Assembly: GCF_009914755.1 (NCBI RefSeq)
Contig: NC_060930.1
Source: the human T2T-CHM13v2.0 reference genome, Homo sapiens
Length of the DNA stretch: 64,000 nt
Reading direction: 5' to 3' (one strand)
The position numbers were made by a program, and so were the translations under genes. Of the stretch, positions 41,633 to 64,000 are shown in pieces (positions within the stretch are counted from its first letter, which is position 1; each line of letters opens with the position of its first letter). The notes beneath the pieces were generated by a model, which made no database searches, was not told the DNA's origin, and was given only the letters and a program-made list of their open reading frames with translations.

Positions 41633-42259
41633 TGTATTATCTTTTCTGGAATTCATCTCGCTTACTGGATTGCCAGCCTCTTCTGGACAGCAATTTGTAC
41701 TCCTAATTCGCTTATTATAGTATGTCAAAGCATTTATTGTTTAATCAAATTAGGGCAGATCAATGAGAAGTTACCCTTCGGATACACTGTCCCATGACTT
41801 CTCCGTCCACCGACAGTCCTTCTTAGGCCCTTGGCTTTCCCATGCCACTTATACAATCTTTCAAAACATTTGAGTGCGTACCATTTATATTATTCAAATA
41901 CGAAAAGGGAAAGCGGTAGGCGCACATTTCAGGTACTCGTCAAAGATGAGTTGGACGCTGGAGATAAAATAAAAAATGGGCCTACCATTTAGGGAGGTGT
42001 GACGAAGTGACACCACTCTTCCGTTAAAACCCGAGGGCCCATTGGGTCACCTCCATTTTATTCAGGTTTCGGAATCTCGGTCATGTGAGCTAACTTAAAA
42101 GGCTCAAGAGTGGTTACCTGCCTACCCGTCATAATCACTTCCCAATTCCTTGAAAACTTCGGGTTCCTCGGCCGGCCGCCAGCGCCGGGCGGAGAATCGC
42201 CCTCCCTCCCACTGCCCAGACTGGAGCTGCCTGTTCCGTTCCACCCCGCCCCACCCCAC

Positions 42260-42280
42260 TGCATGCTGGGAGTCGTAGTC
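42260..42280 (-). promoter_or_regulatory. ZNF143/THAP11-type motif in AFG1L promoter
   Basis: Reverse complement reads GACTACGACTCCCAGCATGCA. Confidence 0.7.
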
Positions 42281-42481
42281 CCGGCTGGCAGCGTCCGGAA
42301 GGACGGGAGGGCACGGGAGTGCAGCCCGCCCATGTGGCTACTGGAGGTCACGTTCCCTAACTGATCCCTTGGTTCTCTCGGGTGGAGCCTTCAGCGTGCA
42401 CGGCGGGGTTTGACTTTGCCACCGTCTCTCTTCTGGGTTCCAATAAAGTTTTCCTCTTCCTCTCCTCGTACGGAGTTCAAG

Positions 42482-42620
42482 ATGGCGGCCTCCTGGTCGC
42501 TCTTGGTTACCCTGCGCCCCTTAGCACAGAGCCCGCTGAGAGGGAGATGTGTTGGGTGCGGGGCCTGGGCCGCCGCTCTCGCTCCTCTGGCCACCGCCCC
42601 TGGGAAGCCCTTTTGGAAAG
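42482..42620 (+). CDS. AFG1L: AFG1-like ATPase (LACE1), coding exon 1 (46 codons + 1 nt, phase-1 donor); mitochondrial presequence-like N-terminus
   Basis: Translation MAASWSLLVTLRPLAQSPLRGRCVGCGAWAAALAPLATAPGKPFWK matches the AFG1L N-terminus as I recall it; strong Kozak AAGATGG; donor AAG|GTCAGT (GT at 42621-42622); no acidic residues. Confidence 0.95.
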
Positions 42621-43630
42621 GTCAGTGACTGTGCCATGAGTAGTCCGAGCCGACTGCATATGACTGGAGAAGCCTCTGGGATTACCCTCCCTGTCCGATC
42701 TACCCCAGGTGTCTCCTGCTTTCACGAAGCTGAGGGCTCCTCGAGAGGAGTTTCCATTTCTCTTGACCTTTTATACTGTCTGTGAATGAGCCCTGAGCAC
42801 TGAGGGAAATGACCCTGAGTGACTTTCATTTTGAGGGTCAGAGGTTGACTCAGAGTTTGTTCCTTCCGGGACGTTTAGAGAGCTGAACCTAGTGGGAGTG
42901 CCTGGCTTGAAGAGATGCAGGTGTGGGGTTGGGGCCTGGGGACCCCTACCCTCTGCGTTTTCCAAGCTCTCGGGGCTGGTGACTGACGGGCACTGGAGGA
43001 AGAGCCGCGCCTGGGACCTCTGCAGGCCCTGATGTCTCTCGTGATTCTAGGAAGGAAGGTCCACACACATTCTCAGATTGAGGGATCGATTCTTGGTGTT
43101 CTTTTCAAGTCACTAGGGGCTTCAGTGGAATTATTTTGTCACCGGGCTTTCTTTCTCCCTGGCTTCCTTCATTCAGTTATATGTTCATGAATGAATGAAT
43201 GAATGTATATTCTGAGTAACCAAGAGTGCCAGTTTTACTGCTCTATTCATGTATTCGCACTAAACTGCACGATTTTCAAAGGCAAGGACATTGTGTCATT
43301 GTTTCCTAAGCACTTAGCGCAATGATTGGTACTTGACGTGCAAATATGATTTTTGAGTGAATGAATGAATGAAATTATTCTCCTTGTCTCCCTCATCCAC
43401 ATACTCGTTTTCCTTTTTCTCAAATCCAAGCAACCCCTGTAATATACCTTAATAGATTGATAGACCTTAATAAGGTATATACCTTAATAGATTATTTATT
43501 AATTTAGCTAAAAATATGACAATCTTTGACCCTTATCATCAATGCAGTTGAAATTAATACTAGAACTTTGATTAGGTCACCTTACGTCTTTCTGCAAAGA
43601 TTAGCATAATGCATTTAGTATAATGGAATA

Positions 43631-43702
43631 GGCTCCACACACTGCCTGGGGGTAGCCCTGATCTGCTGGAGTAGTCGTTAAAAGTAAATAAATAAATAAA
43701 GA
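43631..43702 (+). mobile_element. Short tailed retroposed fragment with 12-bp TSD
   Basis: TSD tataatggaata at 43619-43630 and 43703-43714; (TAAA)n tail. Confidence 0.8.
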
Positions 43703-44494
43703 TATAATGGAATATTCTGGTAGTGTAAGCTGTGGATTATAATATAAATTTTATTTTTCATTTTTGGTAGTCAATAAAAGCAAATGCTATAAATTTCAAC
43801 AGGTGCAAGAAAGAATATGGCAAAATGTAAGGCTTTTTTCTATCCCTATCCCTTAGCTGCTTAGTTTTTCTCCTCAGAGGCAATCTGTGATACTAGTTTC
43901 TTATGTATTCTTCCAGATATATTCTGTGTATGTATAAGCATATACATATATAGATAATGGTATTAAAAAAATAGAAGTAGTAACATGCTGTACACATTGT
44001 TTTGTGTATACAGCAGTTAATTCTGTTAATTGTTAATTTCTTTTTAAATTTAGTAGCTTGGAGATCATTCCATATCAATACCATATCAATTTCATATGAA
44101 TAGAACTGCCTCGTGTTTTAAGTTTTAAAAATAGTATTCCATTCTATGTATATACCATGATTTATGAACATTAAAGATTTAAGGAGCATCATTATAACAT
44201 ATAAAATTCACTGAATGCTTATTCTGTGTCATACAATATACTAAGTACTTTCTACATACATTATCTTATTATTCCTCATTATCCTCATTTTGGAGATCAT
44301 GAATCCAAGGTTGCTGAAGTTATATGGCTAGTAAGTGTCAGAACTGGATTCAAGTGAAGGCTGTGCTATTAATCTATACTCACACTTTCTCCAATACACA
44401 AAATTTAGCCAATTCTGGGTGTGAAGATTTGATGAAAATGCAGTTAGGTTAGAGGTCCATTTAATTGTATCTAAGGACGCTCCCTTCCCCTCTT

Positions 44495-48374
<3,880 letters not shown>

Positions 48375-48521
48375 GAACTTACTTTTAATTATCCAATTAG
48401 ATGAATATCTTTATGTGAACTTATTTCATGTTTCTTGGATTTTTGTTAATATTTATTATATTAGAAAAGAATGTCATGCCTATCCCTGAGACTGATTATC
48501 TTTATGATAATGGAGGATTTT

Positions 48522-50365
48522 GTGGTGCTGGTGGGAGTATAGCAGTAAGGCCAACCAGGGGTCACTCTCATCGCCATCTTGGTTTTGCCTGGCTTCTTTA
48601 CTGCAAGTTGTTTTATCAGCAAGGTCTTTATGACTTGTATCTTGTGCCAACCTCCTATCTCATCCTGTGACTAATAATGCCATAGCCTCCTGGGAATGCA
48701 GCCCACCAAGTCTCAGACTTATTTTACCCAGCCCTTATTTAAAATGGAGTTGCTCGAGTTCAAATGCCTCTGACATTTCCCCCCACTCCCTTTTACAAGG
48801 GAACCCTTAATAAGTGTTGAAGAGAAACAAAGATCTATCTTCTGCAACTTCTTCAGGCTGAATAGGGGCAATGCTATTCCTGCCTAACTATTAGGGTCTC
48901 TTGTATTCAGGGTAGAGAGGAGCTCAGTCAGAAAGCGTTGGTATGGCAAGGGCCATTCATAACTCTTGAGTTCTGACAAAAGGTGATATCTAGAAGATTA
49001 ATAACTGTTCAGTTTAAAAGAACATTGAGTAAGCTTATCCTGCATTCCTTCATGAAGAGTACAATAGCAATATATTCCACAACAGTAAGGTAAAATAAAT
49101 AAAATTATCCCAAGTAAATGAACTTAGAAGGCTTTCCATGAACGGGGCAACTGTTGGAACCACGCTGATGTGGGGTTGCTAGGTGATTCCAATATGTGCC
49201 CAGGATTAGAATATTGATCCAGATTTTTACATTACCCATCCCTCTTGTTTCTTCTGAGTAGCAACCAGAGATCACTGATTGATTTACAAGAATAAGCAGA
49301 GCCAGTCTAAATTGCAGAAAAACCTTAAAAACAACAGATGAGACTAGATTTTTTTTTTTTTTTTTGAGACAGAATCTCGTTCTGTTGCCCAGGCTGGAGT
49401 GCAATTGGCATGATTTCAGCTAACTGCAACCTCCGTCTCCTGGGTTCAAGTGACTCTCCTGCCTCAGCCTCCTGAGTAGCTGGGATTTCAGGTGTCCACC
49501 ACCATGCCCTGCTAATTTTTGTATTTTTAGTAGAGGCGGGGTTTCACCATGTTGGCCAGGCTGGTCTTGAACTCTTGCAGGTGATCTGCCCGCCTTGGCC
49601 TCCCAAAGTACTGGGATTACAGGCGTGAGCCATCGCTCCCAGCCCGAGACTAGAATTTAATAACAGGTATACCACAGTTCTTGAAACATAATTTTTCTCT
49701 CCGGTCTCCCATTTTTACTAAAGACAAATCATGGTAAGACTGATTTGCTTTGTTATACTTGGCCTGACATTTGTATAAAGTGCAGGAAAAATAATTATTT
49801 TTCACATAGGCTTTTAAAATTGACTTTGATGGAACTCTGTTCCATAGAAGGAATCTCAGATAAGACTTTTTTTTTTTAAAGCCGAGCCCAGCCATGGGTT
49901 TGTACCCTCAAATACCTATGAGTTGAGTAAATACCTCTTCTCTTGAGGTTCCGAGATAACTTGGGGCTCCTGGGCCTGTACTTTACTTATTTACTTACTA
50001 CAGGTCAGGAACCCTGGGCACGGACTGTGTAGACAAGATACGAGGCCAGTTTCCAAAGGAGCTTTTATTGGCGCTATAAGTCAAGTTTGATTCCTTAAAG
50101 GAAAGCACACCACTCCAGTCAAAACCTTGGTAAAATAACCAGTTTCTCCAATTGTGCCCTGTTACAAATGAAAACAGATTTTTATTGCACTTATGCAAAT
50201 AACTATTGCCGTAAGTTAAGATACTCACTAATAATTTTCAAGTTCTGGAGAAATCAGGTAGAGAGAAACAATTATGCTCCAAATTTTGTTTATAGGAGTA
50301 TACTTTGCTTAATTGTTAAAAGCTGTCAATAGCTCAAAAAAAAAAAAGTTTCCTTGACTCTGGAA
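48522..50365 (-). mobile_element. ERV1 remnant: truncated MER41 3' LTR (48522-48775), polypurine tract and internal sequence; AluS at 49348-49645
   Basis: Minus strand gggagtggggggaaa|TGTCAGAGGCATTTGAAC...GGGCTGGGTAAAATAAG matches the MER41 LTR start. Confidence 0.8.
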
Positions 50366-50367
50366 AT

Positions 50368-50820
50368 CGGAGTTTCGCTCTGTCACCCACTGCAACCTCC
50401 GCCTCCCAGGTTCATGCGATTCTTGTGTTTCAGCCTCCGGAGTAGCTGGGATTACAGGTGTGAGCTGCCACACCTGGCTAATTTTTGTATTTTTAGTAGA
50501 GATGGGTTTTGCCACGTTGGCCAGGCTGGTCTTGAACTCCTAATCTCAAGTGATCTGTCTGTCTCAGCCTTCCAAAATGTTGGGATTACAGGCATGAGCC
50601 ACCATGCCTGGCCTTTTTATTTTTTTAAATTAGAGACACAGTCTCACTATATTGCTTTCCCTGGTCTGGAACTCCTGGGCTCAAGCTATCCTCCTGCCTT
50701 GGCCTCCCGAAGTGTTAGGATTACAGGCGTGAGCCAACATGCCCAGCCTGGTCTCTAATTTGAGCTCAAGTGATCCTCCAACCCCAGTCTCCAGTAGTAG
50801 ACTTCAGGTGTGTTAGCTCT
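50368..50820 (-). mobile_element. Alu and Alu-monomer fragments
   Basis: Alu blocks with deletions. Confidence 0.75.
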
Positions 50821-52772
50821 ATCTTCTCTCCTAAAAGCGTTATGGATGCTAGCTCTTCCTGGTGTCTTTTGCCTCTCTTGCCCAAGTTCTCTGTTGAGGA
50901 CCATTTCTACTCCTTGCCTGGAGATACCTGATACTTCAATTTCCAGAATCTCTTTCATAACCTCTTTTTACCATCCTGCTTATCTTTCTTATTTCTTCTC
51001 TTCATTGCTCCCATCCCAGAAGCTACTCTATGAACATGTTATCTATCCATACTCTTGACCAGGTGGCAGTTTTCAACAAGTTTTTAAGCCTGAGCATGTA
51101 ATTCTTTATAGTCGTTCCTCCATTTCTTCATAATATCATTTAAATGCAACTCCTGTAGATTCCATTTTGAAATTCTCATTTATATATGTGTGTGTATAAA
51201 ATTTAAACTAACATAACAAATGAATGGGTTTAAAAATCTTTTGAAAAAAATTAGATCCCTTAGATGTCTTTATTAAATAGTATGTGAACAGGGTGAATAT
51301 TAAGGAGTTACTCAGTATGCTGGGCCATGCCTGTAATTACTTCAGAATAGCTTTATTCAGATCTTTAGGCATTATTTCACTGATTTGTTATCATGAAATT
51401 TAAAGTACAATTTTTTTTCCTTTTGTAAAGTTATACACATTGGCACATTTAAGATTAACTAGCTTCTGAAGGAAAAGAATGGTAACCACCAAGCATTTAG
51501 TTTTAATTTTCATAATTTTTCTATTTAAATCAAAAGCACCCTTTTAAAGCCCCTAACTAAGCCTTTTATAAATAAAGTAAATCATCTTGCAGTGCATTCC
51601 TTGATGATGGCTTATGTTGTTTTTCTAAAGAAAGTTTAATTAAGATTTGATTTTCTTCTATTCTGTACTTTGTTTATTCATCACAGAATGAAACATAGGT
51701 CTTTAATGTCAATGGTAAGTCTGACTTTTTGGGTCATTGATGACCATTGCAGTTTTCAAAAAAGCAGCTGAATATTTATCTTTTGGGTATGATTAGAACA
51801 TAATAGAGCATAAAATGGGCTGCCTATGACCTTAGCATGGGCTTCTGTCATTGCAGGAGAACATTTCTGGTCAGTGGCCACTGTTTATGGTTTGTTAAAA
51901 TCAGCACAAATGTACAAATAACTCATGAATAATTGTGAACACAGTATTTAAATGGATGTTTAATAAATATGCATTAAAAATCTCATTACAGTAATGAAGT
52001 TTACAGCTGAAATTTTAATCCAGCCCTTTAGAAATATTAAAGTGCTTTTACTGATTGTGCATTTTTCTCACAGCAGTTGGGTAAACATTTTAAACTGGAA
52101 ATCTGAATTCCTTATATAGTTTTGATTTCATTTAACTAAGCATGTGTTCTTTTTGGCAACCCTCTTCTTTCTCTTTGTGAAGAAGTGAAGCTCCTTTATT
52201 CCATAACTGTTACTTTGAAGCATTTTGATCAGTTCTGTTTTAGGAATGGTGAACATATGGGATACCAGACGACTAATAAAAACTGATCTGGAAAAGACTA
52301 GATTGCGATTTTGGTTTCATTCTGCAGTGCTGGATCAATCATTTGATTTGGTATTTCCATTTGTCATCTATAGAATGCGATGCATTTTCCTAACTCTACC
52401 TTCCTTGCAGGTAATTTATGAGACTCAAATAGGTTATTATGTGAGAAAGTCTTTTGAAAACTGTAAGAAATGTTACATAAATGTATGTAATTGAAATATT
52501 AACAATGACATGCCAGAGGTGGTGGATTCTAGTCAGTGAGTAGAAATGGAATGTACTCAACTTTATACAGAATTTCTAGAGCCATTTTAATTCTGGAGAG
52601 GCTCATTATATTAACAATGGCCAAGGGCCTAGTCTGAATTCAGTGCTTTGAATTCCAGAAAATGCAGTTTTGATTTTTCTGAGATTGTGCAAAGGGCCTC
52701 TGTAGATAACCAGGTGTGGTTTTTGTTCTCCTGGACTTCACTACCTTTCCTCTGGATACTCTGAACACCTAG

Positions 52773-55025
<2,253 letters not shown>

Positions 55026-55029
55026 TATA

Positions 55030-56850
<1,821 letters not shown>

Positions 56851-56874
56851 GACCAGACCTGAGCTTTGATACCA

Positions 56875-57245
56875 TCGCCATTAGCCACATGTGGACACTG
56901 AGCACTTGAAATGTGTAATATGACTGGGGAACTAAATTTTTAATTTCATTTAATTTTAGTTAAATATAAAATTTAAAAAGGATACTTGATTCTGCTATTG
57001 GAAAACTGTTCACCTATTGGAAAACTTTTAAATATTCTTGGAACATCTTGGGAAAGTGAATCTACTTTTTCTCAACTGTAGGTTTTATGAAGTCTAAATA
57101 CAGATTAAATATTTCCAATGAAAATTTAGCTTCCAAATTGAGATGTGTTGCAGGTGTCAAATACTTTAAGACCTAATAGAAAAAAGAACACAAAATATCT
57201 TATTAATAATTAAAAAATTTTTATTATATGTTGATTACATGCCAA
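56875..57245. mobile_element. hAT-Charlie (MER33/Charlie1-like) fragment
   Basis: tagccacatgtgg...gagcacttgaaatgtg; ccaaattgagatgtgttg motifs. Confidence 0.65.
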
Positions 57246-57257
57246 TTACAATTCTTG

Positions 57258-57619
57258 ATGTCAACATCTCTCAGGGGTCTGAGATTTTTACCCAGCTTGC
57301 AAGACAACACTTTAGCCTGTTACTGTTTCATGGATGTTGGAAAAAGACATGGAACTCCTGGATCAGAGATAAAGAACTTTATCATGGACTAGCAGGCAAC
57401 GTGAGCTTTATGTGTGCCTCAGTTCCCCTTTTTCCTCAAGTCCCATGGGGCTATTCAGAGATCGGTCCAGGTGGGTGATGTATACTCAGCAGGTTTGTGT
57501 CACGGTTCAGGAACCCCAAGCTTAGGAAACCTCATCTTTTATAAGGGTTGCAAACAAGCCTTCCCGGCTTTTGACCTGGGGGAGACGTTATTATACTAGA
57601 CAGCAAACAAGCCTGCAAC

Positions 57620-57620
<1 letters not shown>
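57258..57620 (-). mobile_element. ERVL-type LTR fragment (MER73/74/88-like)
   Basis: ggtctgagattttaccca...cttgcaag...tttcatggatgttgg motif. Confidence 0.5.
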
Positions 57621-58380
<760 letters not shown>

Positions 58381-58884
58381 ATTAAGATAGTAAAATGTGT
58401 TTCTCTGTTTCCAGTATCCTTCTTTTTGGCTTAAGAGAAGGCATAAGCCACTGCATTCTTTAAAACTTTTAAGTGGCTCCTGTGGCCTTTAAGGGTTAAA
58501 TTCAAACTGCTTATCATTGCAATGCTCTGCCTCACCGGGCTCCCTTGTACTCCTCCAGTAGTTCATCTCTTACCTCTCTCCGCCTTTCACTTTACGTCTC
58601 AGCCAAACTGAACTTGTTCTGTTTTTTCTAGTGTTCCACACTGTCGTGTTTCTGGGCCTTCTTTCAGGCTAGTACATCTCCCTCCTTCCTTCCCTCCCTT
58701 TCCATGGCACACTTCTGTCTGCCCTTCTGATCTCAATGGAAACATCATTTCCTCTGAGTACCCTTCCTAAACTCCCTAACCTAGATTACTAGCTTTGGCC
58801 CTGTGATCTTACAGCATCTGCCCGTTCCCCTTATGACATACCATACACTTTATTAGAGTTGTTTATCCACTTATTTGTGTCTAC

Positions 58885-63475
<4,591 letters not shown>

Positions 63476-63501
63476 TTATCTTGTTTAAAAATCGGAAAGT
63501 T

Positions 63502-63841
<340 letters not shown>

Positions 63842-64000
63842 TCAGATTAAACATACTCACACATAATTTTCTTTCTTTTATAGAACTCATAAATTAATTG
63901 ACAAATAATTGTATATATTTATGGGGTACACTCTGATTTTTTTTTTTTTTTTTTGAGATAGAGTCTCACTCTGTTGCCCAGGCTGGAGTGCAGTGGTGCG

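Larger units (their letters stand above)
42050..42750 (+). promoter_or_regulatory. AFG1L: CpG island promoter of AFG1L
   Basis: CpG-rich; GC box CCCCGCCCC ~42244, ETS-like CCGGAAG ~42295, YY1 consensus AAGATGGCGGC over the ATG. Confidence 0.85.

Noticed and set aside
48522-48775. MER41 LTR as an interferon-gamma/STAT1 enhancer
   Set aside because: Copy is truncated before the part of MER41B that carries the tandem GAS sites; no clear TTCnnnGAA pair seen

Overview
Human (hominid) genomic DNA, very Alu-rich. I recognise it from the peptides as the 6q21 SNX3-AFG1L interval. It holds the CpG-island promoter and coding exon 1 of SNX3 (minus strand, 7879-8040). About 34 kb away, pointing the other way, are the CpG-island promoter and coding exon 1 of AFG1L/LACE1 (plus strand, 42482-42620). 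The window ends in intron 1 of each gene. The rest is mostly interspersed repeats: many Alus (including an AluYa5-like copy), a full-length SVA, L1/L2/MIR fragments, ERV LTRs, hAT DNA transposons and a U6 retropseudogene. The main new observation is that the non-repetitive islands between ~22.4 and ~42 kb read, on the minus strand, like remnants of a large, anciently dead multi-exon protein-coding gene lying head-to-head with AFG1L. It has candidate splice sites and phase-compatible junctions, and frames rejoin when old transposons are removed. This is a manual inference, not a database match. Other notable structures are an SVA that appears to carry a ~1.3-kb 3' transduction, a ~228-bp non-Alu inverted duplication, and a recent tandem duplication of a (CCCCT)-rich tract plus Alu arm upstream of AFG1L. 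Repeat coordinates are approximate and subfamily calls are by eye.
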